In this document: positions 54,299 to 64,000 of the stretch, piece after piece
Numbering within the stretch: the stretch's first letter is position 1
How the letters are laid out: every line of letters begins with the position of its first letter
Sequence record: OR062524
Reading direction: 5' to 3' (one strand)
Source: Escherichia phage vB_EcoM_3A1_SA_NWU
DNA: 64,000 nt
Notes under the pieces: generated by a model
The model's input: the letters and a program-made list of their open reading frames with translations, nothing else
Told to the model about the DNA's origin: nothing
Database searches by the model: none
Translations under genes and position numbers: made by a program

Positions 54299-55360
54299 AT
54301 GGCGAAGCCAATATATTATCCTGACTGGGCTACACAAACTGTAACGCTCCCAGGAACTTTAAACACAAACAAAATTAGACCTAAAGAAACCATCCGCACA
54401 GTTGGTATGGATTATGGTCAAATCATGACTTGCGAAGAAATGAACTGGATTCTTAATAATATCGGTTTATGGATTCGCTATTTGGTGGATGACTTTCTTC
54501 CAACTTTACCTGATACTTACTTGCCTTTAGTTGGAACTAAGATTACAATGGCAGGTGATGCTACTGGTGAGGCTACTTGGAATGGTAATAAAGAAGTTAC
54601 TTTATCTATCCAAGTTCAAGATAACAGTCATAATCACTTGTCGGCAAACATTACAGATGCCACTAGTTCAACAGTAACACCAAACGTGTTGGTAAAACGT
54701 GATGCGGGTGGTGCTATTTATGGTGGTGATGTTTATGTTAACGGTACTTCCACAACAGATCCTGCGACACTGTTTTTCAAAAACTTTGCAGGACAAACTA
54801 ATGGTGAGATTTCTGCCGAATACCAAAGTGGAGGTCAGCTTTATATTTATCGTAGAAATCCTAGCACAGGTAGTGTATCAGCAGGTGTTCGTTTATATGA
54901 TGCAGGTTATGTTCTAATAGACAGTCCAAGATCAAACAGTGGACAAGATACTTCTAACGGAAATGCTTTAGTTCGCTTAGATTATCTGAATTCTCGTTTG
55001 ACTTCTCTTCAGAACACATTGCAGACGAATATTAATACTGTTCAAAACAACCTGAATAGTGTTAACAGCAACCTCTCTTCCCGTATAAACAATGTAGAAA
55101 GTAATCATCAAAGTCAGATTACAAACAACTACAATTATGCTAACGGAACCTTTGTAAGAGATATTCGTTACACTAGCCAAGGTGTGTATTATCCACCAGG
55201 GAACGAAGTTTCTTGGACTTATATCTGTTCTTCTGGTTATGTTCTTTCTGGTATTATTGTCCAGGAAACAGGGCGTAGTTCTGCGGATAACATCGGTGGG
55301 GTTTATTTCAAACGCCTCCAGCGCAACGTTAACGGAAACTGGTACGATATCGGAGGCTAA
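54299..55360 (+). CDS. tail fibre protein (putative)
   Basis: 353 aa; Asn/Ser-rich coiled-coil segment. Confidence 0.45.
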   Translation: MAKPIYYPDWATQTVTLPGTLNTNKIRPKETIRTVGMDYGQIMTCEEMNWILNNIGLWIRYLVDDFLPTLPDTYLPLVGTKITMAGDATGEATWNGNKEVTLSIQVQDNSHNHLSANITDATSSTVTPNVLVKRDAGGAIYGGDVYVNGTSTTDPATLFFKNFAGQTNGEISAEYQSGGQLYIYRRNPSTGSVSAGVRLYDAGYVLIDSPRSNSGQDTSNGNALVRLDYLNSRLTSLQNTLQTNINTVQNNLNSVNSNLSSRINNVESNHQSQITNNYNYANGTFVRDIRYTSQGVYYPPGNEVSWTYICSSGYVLSGIIVQETGRSSADNIGGVYFKRLQRNVNGNWYDIGG

Positions 55361-55906
55361 ATGATATTTACAAATTTTAAAAGATATATTCCCGAAGATC
55401 CCGAACTAAAAGAATTGGTAGAAGTAGAGAACATTCTTTTTCTTCGTTGCGATCAAGGTTACGATTGGTATGATTTACGTAGCACAGGATTCAATAACGA
55501 TAAAATGAAAGTCGTTTTTGACGATCAAAATCGTATTGTGTTTTGGAACACTGATCCTACATTACTTTGCCCTGAAGATCTTTCTATAGCACAAGTGGAC
55601 TTTAATATAGACACTTTTGAGGATATTAGAAACAAGGTTCTGGATTTAGAAACTTTGACTCTTAAGGATAAAGAGTATTCCCGTGAAGAGTTGATGACAC
55701 AAGCTAGTGCAAAAATTCGCTCTTTACAAGAAACAGCGGTAGCACTTATAACACCTTTACAGTATGCTAAAGATTTAGAAATGGCTACTGAAGATGAATT
55801 AGCTTATCTTAAAAATCTTCAAGTTTATGTGGTTAAACTAAACCGTGTTCCGCTTCAAAAAGACTATCCTTACACTATAGATTGGCCTACATTACCAACG
55901 GAATAA
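55361..55906 (+). CDS. tail fibre assembly/chaperone-like protein (putative)
   Basis: 181 aa; follows fibre gene with 0-nt gap. Confidence 0.35.
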   Translation: MIFTNFKRYIPEDPELKELVEVENILFLRCDQGYDWYDLRSTGFNNDKMKVVFDDQNRIVFWNTDPTLLCPEDLSIAQVDFNIDTFEDIRNKVLDLETLTLKDKEYSREELMTQASAKIRSLQETAVALITPLQYAKDLEMATEDELAYLKNLQVYVVKLNRVPLQKDYPYTIDWPTLPTE

Positions 55907-55915
55907 GGGATCATT

Positions 55916-56251
55916 ATGGAATTTCAAGAAGCATGGGGACTTGCAAAGGATGCAATAATCCCTTTAATCGGAGTCATCTGGTTCTTTTTCAAACAAAAAA
56001 TGGATAAATTCGGCTCTGATCTTGAGGAAATGGAGGAGAAAAGTCGAGAGCTAGAGAAGAAGTTGGTCTTTGTTGAATCAACTTATGCAACTAAAGCCGA
56101 ACTTACCCAGATGCTAAATCAAATTAACTCTACATTAATGGCAAATAATAACACTCTTGAGCAAAAAATTGAAAAGATTATGGACCTCAAGAATGCGACT
56201 ATCCAAATGATGCTAGATGACATAGTTAAACGTACACAGAATAAGGGGTAA
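55916..56251 (+). CDS. hypothetical protein with N-terminal hydrophobic segment
   Basis: 111 aa; IIPLIGVIWFFF. Confidence 0.4.
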   Translation: MEFQEAWGLAKDAIIPLIGVIWFFFKQKMDKFGSDLEEMEEKSRELEKKLVFVESTYATKAELTQMLNQINSTLMANNNTLEQKIEKIMDLKNATIQMMLDDIVKRTQNKG

Positions 56252-56254
56252 TTA

Positions 56255-59200
56255 ATGGCAACATTCCCAACGTATCCAGCAACGTCTCTTGAACAGGGCG
56301 TAGATCTGGTTATTTTCTCGTCCAATCAACTTCATGATGTTATTAATGGAAGTGCGACAGAAAGTATTGAGACAGAATCAGGGTTGATACCAACCCTGAG
56401 AAAAGCCCTTGTTGATAACTTTTTCTTTAAAAGCCCATTGGATTGGGCGCAAGGCACAAATGAAACGGTTTTTAACCAACTACGTTATTTTCAGAATGGG
56501 GTATTGAGCGGTTATTATTATGCTCCTAATGCTACATTGGTAAACCCAATCCCTATGCAAGGTACTCCAGTAGGAGATAACAACTGGGTATTGTGGGGAT
56601 TGAAGACAGAACAATTGGCAACAGAAGTCACACCTTGGGTATATTCTGGTGCAACTGGTTATGAAACAGTAATCAGTCCTCCTTACATCTTTGATAGTGC
56701 TATTGTTACGATCAATGGTGTTATTCAGGTTCTGGGGGAAGCTTTCCGTATAGAAGATAGTAAGATCATCTTATCTGAACCTTTGGGACACGATCCTGCA
56801 ACAGGACTGCCAAACAAGCTTTTCGCTTATATTGGTAAAATCGTAGCTTCAGCAGATACAGATCCTAATCTAGAGAACCGTCTTGTTAGTTTAGAAACAA
56901 AAACGGAAGAACTAACAGAAAGCATGGATAAAGTCCCTCTGCAAACTATTGCTCGTAAATATGGTTTGTTAGATGATGAGGTGGCTTACGCAACAGCAGG
57001 TCAATCGTTAACAGGGATTAAAGCTCTGTATGATCCGGTAGCACAGTCTTCCTACACATTACCTCCTAACATCACAGGAACTTTAACATCTTTGTCTGTT
57101 TCTGGAGTAATGACTTATTCTGGAGGGTCTGTAGATCTTTCTGCACTAGCTGTTGAACGTGGACAGTTTGTCCATTTGCCTACAAGCTTTGGTAATAACG
57201 TAACTCTGACAGCTAAAAATCAGACGATTGGACGTGGTGCTGGTCGTTATCGTTGGGCTGGAAGTTTACCAAAAAGTATTTTGGCCTCCGATACATTGGA
57301 GACAAGCGGTGGATTAGGTCCAAATGCATGGGTTCTGACCAATACAGAAGGACTGTTAACCCCTCGTGGTGGAACATACAACGATTTATTCGATGTTGTC
57401 TACTTATCAGAATTTGCTAACAACACAACAACATATACCACACCAGAAGCAGCTTTCCAGGCGGCACTGTTAGCAGCAAAAGCTTCGAAAAGCAAGATTC
57501 TCGATGCTTACGGTTGCGATATGACTTTCACGACAAGCTCTTTTGATATTCAAGGTATCACTTTGCGTGGGGGTGTGTTCCGTGGTCAACGCGACTATCG
57601 TGTGCAAAATGCTACAGTAGAAGGCACAACTTTCCGTAACTCTCGTGTTATGTATTGGGGTGGTGCTGTGCGCATGTTCGATTGTTTGTGGGACGGTGCT
57701 CCTCGCGCAGGTCAAGTTGGTAGCTTGGTATTCCAAGGCAACCCAATATCAGGTACTTTTGAAATTGATAACTGTACTTTTAAAAATGGGTTGTATGGCA
57801 TCCTTCAACAAGGAACAGGGGAACCAGTAACACGTGGTGTCTTCCGTAACCTTACCTTCATGGACATGCAAGGTGATGCAATAGAACTGAACGTCATCAA
57901 TAAACATTATGACGATGGTTGTGTGATTGAGAATATTTACCTGTCTAATATCGATGGGACTAACGCTCCTATTCCTCTGTCCAACTGGGGTATCGGTATC
58001 GGTGTAGCTGGTAAAGGACCATATGGTTACGGAATCCCTGATGATCAATATTGCAAGAATATTACAATTCGTAACGTTTTTGCAAAACGTTGTCGTCAGA
58101 TTGTCCACGTAGAAGTTGGTCGTAATATCTCTATCGAAAACATTCATGGCGATCCAGACCAGACCGTATCTGTTGGGACAGGTTTGGCAACTGGCGCAGT
58201 TGTAATGTATGGAAGTAAAGATTTTACGATTGACGGTGTTTACGGAGAGCCTAAAACAGACGGTAGCACACTTGCAAGTAATATCCGTATGATTTATTTG
58301 GAGTGGGGAACTAATGCAGTTCTGGACGAAGAGGGTAATCCGGTAGTTCCGGCACAGGGTAGACCTTCAAACCCATGCTTTAACTATTCTGTTCGTAACA
58401 TTCACACCAAAACTGGGCGTGTTTTTGCGGGAGTTTCCGCTGGGCCAGGTTATGAAAACAGAGTTAGCTTTGAAAATATTCGTTGCGCTGCATTGCAGTT
58501 GTTCGGTATAGCTTCTTGGCTTTCAATGTCTAACATCACCTGTAATATCTTCGATTGTGTTGGTCAACCTGAATCTGGTCCAGGAACATTTTATGATGGA
58601 TTCTTCCGTAGAGAAAAATCTGTTCTTGAAATGGTTAACGTAAACTGTTACCCAGATGGCAAGACGATGGTTACTGGTCGTCCACAGTGGAGCCGTTGCC
58701 GTTACTCGGATATTCATCGTGTCAACTGTAATGTTGAAGCTAATATGTATACCAATATCGCAGGTGGTATTGGAGCTATTGTAGGGACAACGGGCAAAGT
58801 TTATTACTTAGAGCCTAATCCTAGTCGAAACATTGACGGAATGCATTTCCCAACAGGGAAAGAGTTTGACAAAGGTGATATGATAGTCAAGGCGGATAAT
58901 ACGTTCTTCCTTGTAACAACAAGTGGGGCATATATTCCAGATATCCCAGCTTTCGGTATTCGAGCTACACAGGCAGGAGATACCTTCCTGACACAGAACT
59001 TGACTCCTAACGGGACAGCAACAAATGCTTCTTGGTTGTATCATTACCCTCTGTCAGCAGGGACACGTATTCGTATTCCTGGTGCTGGCGTAGGTGGAGC
59101 AGATTTGGACACAGTTATTACTCGTGCACCTTATCAAGATAATGATACGTGGACTAACCCAGTTAAAATAGACATTGCAGATCCAATTGTAACGCCTACA

Positions 59201-59308
59201 AGTGCTGGAGTTAGAATTAAAACCATACCTAATGATTCCAGTAATGTTTCTGTAGGTAATACTGCGGTTATTCGCCCAACGCCAGTAGTAGATGTGCCAA
59301 CAACCTAA
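56255..59308 (+). CDS. large tailspike protein (right-handed beta-helix, probable depolymerase)
   Basis: 1017 aa; repeated Asn/Gly/Val-rich rungs (e.g. GTFEIDNCTFKNG, IRNVFAKRC, ISIENIHG). Confidence 0.5.
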   Translation: MATFPTYPATSLEQGVDLVIFSSNQLHDVINGSATESIETESGLIPTLRKALVDNFFFKSPLDWAQGTNETVFNQLRYFQNGVLSGYYYAPNATLVNPIPMQGTPVGDNNWVLWGLKTEQLATEVTPWVYSGATGYETVISPPYIFDSAIVTINGVIQVLGEAFRIEDSKIILSEPLGHDPATGLPNKLFAYIGKIVASADTDPNLENRLVSLETKTEELTESMDKVPLQTIARKYGLLDDEVAYATAGQSLTGIKALYDPVAQSSYTLPPNITGTLTSLSVSGVMTYSGGSVDLSALAVERGQFVHLPTSFGNNVTLTAKNQTIGRGAGRYRWAGSLPKSILASDTLETSGGLGPNAWVLTNTEGLLTPRGGTYNDLFDVVYLSEFANNTTTYTTPEAAFQAALLAAKASKSKILDAYGCDMTFTTSSFDIQGITLRGGVFRGQRDYRVQNATVEGTTFRNSRVMYWGGAVRMFDCLWDGAPRAGQVGSLVFQGNPISGTFEIDNCTFKNGLYGILQQGTGEPVTRGVFRNLTFMDMQGDAIELNVINKHYDDGCVIENIYLSNIDGTNAPIPLSNWGIGIGVAGKGPYGYGIPDDQYCKNITIRNVFAKRCRQIVHVEVGRNISIENIHGDPDQTVSVGTGLATGAVVMYGSKDFTIDGVYGEPKTDGSTLASNIRMIYLEWGTNAVLDEEGNPVVPAQGRPSNPCFNYSVRNIHTKTGRVFAGVSAGPGYENRVSFENIRCAALQLFGIASWLSMSNITCNIFDCVGQPESGPGTFYDGFFRREKSVLEMVNVNCYPDGKTMVTGRPQWSRCRYSDIHRVNCNVEANMYTNIAGGIGAIVGTTGKVYYLEPNPSRNIDGMHFPTGKEFDKGDMIVKADNTFFLVTTSGAYIPDIPAFGIRATQAGDTFLTQNLTPNGTATNASWLYHYPLSAGTRIRIPGAGVGGADLDTVITRAPYQDNDTWTNPVKIDIADPIVTPTSAGVRIKTIPNDSSNVSVGNTAVIRPTPVVDVPTT

Positions 59309-59314
59309 TGGAAT

Positions 59315-59345
59315 AGAGGGGGAATCCCCCCCCCTCTTCTTCCAA
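59315..59345 (+). terminator. GC-rich hairpin after tailspike gene
   Basis: agagggggaatcccccccctct. Confidence 0.35.
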
Positions 59346-59373
59346 TAGAATGGTCTAATGATAGGAGAGATAA

Positions 59374-61398
59374 ATGAATTTAACAAGACCTAATAGTGCG
59401 ATAGCCGATCTGGTAGAAGCTACTTATCGAAAACGTCGCAGCTTTGAGGCAGGTTTTACATTACGTAATTCCCGTGAAGTTTTGCTGTTAGCAGCAGAAG
59501 GGAATTATTACCAATGGAAAGGAACTTTTCCTAAAGTAGTTCCAGCAAACTCTACGCCAGCCACCACAGGTGGTATTTCTTCCCTTGCATGGCAAAGTGT
59601 TGGGACCGCTGATGATATAGCAATTATCAATGCCAAGTTTACGGCAATGCAGCAACAAATTGATGATCTGTCGGAAACAATACCTGAAGCTGGTAAATCG
59701 GCTTATCAGATCGCACTTGATAATGGTTTTGTTGGAACAGAAGCACAATGGCTTGCCTCTTTGAAAGGGGATACTGGTGCTCAACTCAATATTAAAGGAT
59801 CATTAGCAAGCACTAGTGAACTACCATCCACAGGTAACGTTGCAGGGGATGGTTATATCGTAGGCGATGTAATCTACGCTTGGGATGGTTCTGTTTGGAA
59901 ACTTATTTCTTCTCTTGGACCAGAAGGTAAATCAGCTTACGAGGTATGGTTGGCAGATGGTAATACAGGATCTGTTTATGATTTTCTTACCTCTATAAAA
60001 GGTGATAAAGGCGATGTTGGTCCTACAGGGCCACAGGGAGCACCTGGTGTTAACGCCAACGGTTTTGATTATCGTGGAGATTTGCCTTCTACAAGTAACT
60101 TACCACAACCTAACTCTGAAAACGTAAGCCAAGCTTATTCTATCAGTGGTAATCTTTATGTCTCTAATGGGACAGCTTGGGTCAACATGGGTAATATTGT
60201 TGGTCCTCAAGGTCCACAAGGTGAGGCAGGTAAAGACGGTCTAGATGGAACAGATGGAGATGAAGGGAAATCTGCATATCAAAGTTGGCTGGATGCTGGT
60301 AATGAAGGGACAGAAGTAGATTTTATTGCCTCGCTTAAAGGTCCAAAAGGAGACAAGGGTGATCAAGGAGAGCGAGGTCCACAAGGCGAATTAGGTCCAC
60401 AAGGACCAGTAGGCGCAACAGGATCAGGCTTAGAGATTATCGGGGTTCTGAACAGCGAAGCTGAACTTCCTCCGACTGGAGAAGTAGGTGATGCATATAA
60501 AATTAATAATGATTTGTATGTTTGGGTCCAAGATGCTACGGAATGGATGAATGTTGGCAGTCTCGGAGGAACATCAATTACAGCTAAAGGTCATGTTCCG
60601 AACAGTGAAGCTCTCCCTGTTTACAATAACTATGGTGATGCTTACTTAACTGAAGACACTAGTAATCTTTACATCTATACCTACGATCAAGACACCAATT
60701 CCGCATCTTTTGTTGACATGGGAAGTATTAAAGGCGACAAAGGTGAAAAAGGGGATAAAGGAGATAAGGGTGATCCTGGAACAAACGGAACCAACGGTAC
60801 TGATGGGACCAACGGTAAGGACGGCGCACAGTGGTTTGTAGCAACAACTAATCCAGTCGCAGGAGACGGTGTTATCAATGATTACGCCTTCAATACTACC
60901 ACTGGAGCAGTGTTTAAGAAAACAGATTCTTCTACGTGGACACTTATAGGAACTCTTCCTAGTATACCAGAAGCCCCTCAAGACGGCTTGACGTATGGTC
61001 GTTCTGATGGAAACTGGATCGAAATATCAGGATCAGATCCTACGGAAGCTATAACACCAACTAGAGTTACAGCAGGTTTCATGGAACTTGAAACAACTAC
61101 TGCCAACTCTGGAGCATCTTGGACTCCTTCTGGAACTTCCAATATGTATGTTGTTACAGTAACTGACGCTCTGACAGTTGGAGCATGGCCTGGTGTCACT
61201 GGCTCTACAAAACCTAAAGCGTTTTCAGCAATGATTTATTTGATTCAAGATACAACGGGACACACGGTTACACTAGATGCGTCTTATGGAGCACTAAATG
61301 ATACAGAAATAGCAACTACTGCTAACGCAGTAACAATTTTGCAATTAACGTATCCTGGTGTGGGTGATATCGTGGACATGGTTGTTGTAACACGGTAA
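59374..61398 (+). CDS. collagen-like repeat tail fibre protein
   Basis: 674 aa; multiple Gly-X-Y runs (GDKGDVGPTGPQGAPG; GPKGDKGDQGERGPQGELGPQGPVGATG; GDKGEKGDKGDKGDPGTNGTNGTDGTNGKDG). Confidence 0.6.
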   Translation: MNLTRPNSAIADLVEATYRKRRSFEAGFTLRNSREVLLLAAEGNYYQWKGTFPKVVPANSTPATTGGISSLAWQSVGTADDIAIINAKFTAMQQQIDDLSETIPEAGKSAYQIALDNGFVGTEAQWLASLKGDTGAQLNIKGSLASTSELPSTGNVAGDGYIVGDVIYAWDGSVWKLISSLGPEGKSAYEVWLADGNTGSVYDFLTSIKGDKGDVGPTGPQGAPGVNANGFDYRGDLPSTSNLPQPNSENVSQAYSISGNLYVSNGTAWVNMGNIVGPQGPQGEAGKDGLDGTDGDEGKSAYQSWLDAGNEGTEVDFIASLKGPKGDKGDQGERGPQGELGPQGPVGATGSGLEIIGVLNSEAELPPTGEVGDAYKINNDLYVWVQDATEWMNVGSLGGTSITAKGHVPNSEALPVYNNYGDAYLTEDTSNLYIYTYDQDTNSASFVDMGSIKGDKGEKGDKGDKGDPGTNGTNGTDGTNGKDGAQWFVATTNPVAGDGVINDYAFNTTTGAVFKKTDSSTWTLIGTLPSIPEAPQDGLTYGRSDGNWIEISGSDPTEAITPTRVTAGFMELETTTANSGASWTPSGTSNMYVVTVTDALTVGAWPGVTGSTKPKAFSAMIYLIQDTTGHTVTLDASYGALNDTEIATTANAVTILQLTYPGVGDIVDMVVVTR

Positions 61399-61402
61399 CA
61401 GA

Positions 61403-61428
61403 AGCCCCGAAAGGGGCTTTCTTTTTAT
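61403..61428 (+). terminator. intrinsic terminator
   Basis: agccccgaaaggggctttcttttt. Confidence 0.65.
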
Positions 61429-61439
61429 GGAGGGTTTAA

Positions 61440-64000
61440 ATGTTTCCAATTCCAATATTTACTATTATGACCAGCACTGGTGTCGTTCCTCTGCCAGCAG
61501 GTATTGTTAAAAAAGTAATCACTTTAGATTACCCAGATAATGCTGGTAATTCTAACAGCAGTTTAGCAATTTTGCTTAATGATGGTAGATTGTTTACTCA
61601 AGGCGCAAACCTTTTTGGTGAGATTGCAGATGGAACTCGTAGTGCACGATTCAATAATTTCCACTTAGCTTCTACTGTAGTAGCGGACGTGTTTACCGCA
61701 GATCGTTGTTTTGTTATTAAAACTAACAGTGGGGGATGGCAATATTCAGGATTGACAGCAGGATTGGTAGGATCTATAGCAGCAGGTGGTACGGACGCAT
61801 GTGTAACTACTTGGACCAGCTTTCCATCTGTAATAACAGGGACTATCTCTTTAGCTAATCTTAAAGAGGTTAAGGGAGGATATAACAACACTCTCTGGTT
61901 AATGAATAGTGGTGTTCTTTATGGATCAGGTCAAAACACAGTAGGTAGTTTAGGTGCAAGTACTACTAACGAAGTTTCTACTCCTCGTCAGATAACAAGT
62001 GCAGCAGTTGCTTTTGATGCAGGTTACAACCAATGCTCTTATGTCAACAATGTGGGAACCTTGCGTGTTTGTGGAGCTAGTAAAGGTTTAGCAGGTAATA
62101 ATAACACAACAACAGCTTTTGTCAATGCCAAGATATCCGCTACTGAAACAGTGTATGTCAAAGATTACATCAATACAGTTTCCCAGACAATAGTTGTAGG
62201 AGATACCTCCGGTGGCACGGGTGCAGTAAACTACTTATATGTTAGATCTAATACAGAAACAACCTACACTAAACTGGATACCTTTGCAGCAGGTTTCTCA
62301 ACATGGAAATTTCCACCAAGCCGCCACTCTTTTTTCGTTGGGATCAATAATTCCTTGTGGGCGATTGGTAAGAACTACACTGCAAACTTAGGTTTGGGGT
62401 ATGATTCTGCGAGCGGAGATCCACTTCAAGTGGGAAAACCAGTTAAACCTGAAGGAGTGGGTTCCTGGGATATAAACAAGCTCACAAGCGTTCATACGCT
62501 GAATATGGATGTTACTAACCAATTAGGTTATCAAGGAACCTTTTTCGTTTATAATGGAGATATGTATTATTCCGGTATTTGGAAAGATGGAAAAGCCTCG
62601 TATCTGTTCAATAGTGGTCTAAACTATAATAAATTCACACCAATAGCAAGCTCCGTGATTACGGGTGATATTCTGGCAACTGGCTTAACTACGGATTCTT
62701 TAGGAATTTGTATTGTAGGTGGAACTAAACAGTTGACACATTCTGTTAGCCCAGAAGGAGGTAAACTTTTCAATATTAAATATACTTCTTCTGCCCCTGC
62801 AAACATGACAATATCGTCTACTGGTTTAATGACTTTCCATGCAGAAGGTGGTTTTGATGCAGGTATGACAGCCTTAAACGCTGAAGGAACAACTTTATCA
62901 GATACCTCTGGAGGATATGCTTCAACATTGAGTGTTTACACCCCTAGCTTATCTGCGATGGATGTAGGAACAACACAAACAATGGTAGCAGAAATAACGC
63001 CAACAGGAGCAGCAAGCTTACCTGGCATGGTTGTTGAGTATTTCTCTAATGACCCTACGGTAGCAACAGTTGACCCCGTTACAGGCGTTATTACAGCGGT
63101 TGCTGATGGAGGTTGTCGTATCGGTTGTAGAGCAACTTATCAAGGTGTGGTAACTGCCGAAGATAGTTCTTATCTCACAGTGAATGCTGTGGTGATTGTG
63201 ATGGATTATGATTTGACGCAAGAAACTATTCCGGCGGATGTAAAGGTCAACAGGAGTAACCGTTATGCCAGGGCTTCTGGAGATATCCTTGTACCTACAG
63301 AGAGTTCTGCTCCCGTAGCACCTTTAGAATATGTTGGTACAACTCCACAAGGTAGACGTGTTGTAGCAGCCAACCGTACACATATCTTTATCAACAATAA
63401 CTTGACAACAGCTTCCCCGTGGTTGAAGACGAACTTGACAGTCACAGCATCAACAATCAACTCTCCGGTTGGAACTACGGCTAACACTTACAAGTTAACA
63501 CCTTCTACAACTTCAGGACAACATATTTTATCAGCAGTGAATACAGCTTCTGATATTACAGCAGGTAAGCACTGGGCGGCATCCGTATTCTTGAAGCCAG
63601 ATGGGATCACTAAAGTGAAACTCAAATTGACTTCAGGAGATGAGATTAACGAAGGGACTTATGATCTTGTAGCTGGAACATTTACAGGTGCAGATGCAAA
63701 CATAATCGATATGGGGAATGGTTGGTATCGTGTAATTCTACACAAAGTGACAGTTGCCAAACAAGCATCTATAACCTATGAGATTATAGCTTTGAATGCA
63801 AGTGGATCAGACACTTTCGCAGGAGATGGTACGGCAGGTCTTATTGCTTGGGTTCCACAGCTTGAGATGGGTGATATGACAAATCCAGTTTGGGCGGGGA
63901 CACCATTTGTTTGTTCTTATGCACGAGACACTACCAGTGCTGTTACCTTCACTATTCCTAAGAATGGACATACTGGCGTGGACATTTACCACACTGATGG
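61440..64000 (+). CDS. large fibre/adhesin-like protein with RCC1-like repeats and Ig-like (Big_2-type) segment; 3' end beyond window
   Basis: Not in ORF track (no stop within window); ATG 61440 with GGAGGG RBS; translation MFPIPIFTIMTSTGVVPLPAG...NDGRLFTQGANLFGEIADGTR...; later DPVTGVITAVADGGCRIGCRATYQG. Confidence 0.45.
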   Translation, partial: MFPIPIFTIMTSTGVVPLPAGIVKKVITLDYPDNAGNSNSSLAILLNDGRLFTQGANLFGEIADGTRSARFNNFHLASTVVADVFTADRCFVIKTNSGGWQYSGLTAGLVGSIAAGGTDACVTTWTSFPSVITGTISLANLKEVKGGYNNTLWLMNSGVLYGSGQNTVGSLGASTTNEVSTPRQITSAAVAFDAGYNQCSYVNNVGTLRVCGASKGLAGNNNTTTAFVNAKISATETVYVKDYINTVSQTIVVGDTSGGTGAVNYLYVRSNTETTYTKLDTFAAGFSTWKFPPSRHSFFVGINNSLWAIGKNYTANLGLGYDSASGDPLQVGKPVKPEGVGSWDINKLTSVHTLNMDVTNQLGYQGTFFVYNGDMYYSGIWKDGKASYLFNSGLNYNKFTPIASSVITGDILATGLTTDSLGICIVGGTKQLTHSVSPEGGKLFNIKYTSSAPANMTISSTGLMTFHAEGGFDAGMTALNAEGTTLSDTSGGYASTLSVYTPSLSAMDVGTTQTMVAEITPTGAASLPGMVVEYFSNDPTVATVDPVTGVITAVADGGCRIGCRATYQGVVTAEDSSYLTVNAVVIVMDYDLTQETIPADVKVNRSNRYARASGDILVPTESSAPVAPLEYVGTTPQGRRVVAANRTHIFINNNLTTASPWLKTNLTVTASTINSPVGTTANTYKLTPSTTSGQHILSAVNTASDITAGKHWAASVFLKPDGITKVKLKLTSGDEINEGTYDLVAGTFTGADANIIDMGNGWYRVILHKVTVAKQASITYEIIALNASGSDTFAGDGTAGLIAWVPQLEMGDMTNPVWAGTPFVCSYARDTTSAVTFTIPKNGHTGVDIYHTD

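Noticed and set aside
59374-61398. Tandem DNA repeats as a non-coding satellite
   Set aside because: Repeats are in-frame Gly-X-Y coding units inside a long ORF with RBS and terminator.

Overview
This window reads as a densely coded segment of a large tailed-phage genome with a contractile-tail (myovirus-type) structural module. All calls come from reading the sequence and the supplied ORF track by eye; no database search or folding program was run, so protein-family names are motif-based inferences. Layout: (1) 1-21,700, minus strand: early/metabolic module with dTDP-rhamnose genes rmlC/rmlA/rmlB, class Ia ribonucleotide reductase nrdA/nrdB, a ThyX-like gene, HAD nucleotidase, HNH endonuclease, DEDD exonuclease, RdgC-like and MazG-like genes, two nucleotidyltransferase ligases and many small ORFs, driven by sigma70-like promoters. 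The standout is a split Pnkp-like RNA repair operon (metallophosphoesterase, RNA ligase, polynucleotide kinase) at 16,657-18,903. (2) 21,700-22,180: AT-rich divergent control region with five GTACT repeats and perfect palindromes (candidate origin or operator). (3) 22,180-25,400, plus strand: small genes and a tRNA cluster of 12 tRNAs plus 2 degenerate tRNA-like elements, separated by long structured spacers. (4) 25,400-64,000, plus strand: overlapping spanin pair, large terminase with a 159-aa mini-intein in its P-loop, portal, protease, scaffold, decoration and major capsid proteins, neck, sheath, tube, tail chaperone with a -1 frameshift site, tape measure, baseplate, and at least five tailspike/fibre proteins including beta-helix, collagen-like and RCC1/Ig-like types. 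No CRISPR array, transposase or integrase was seen.
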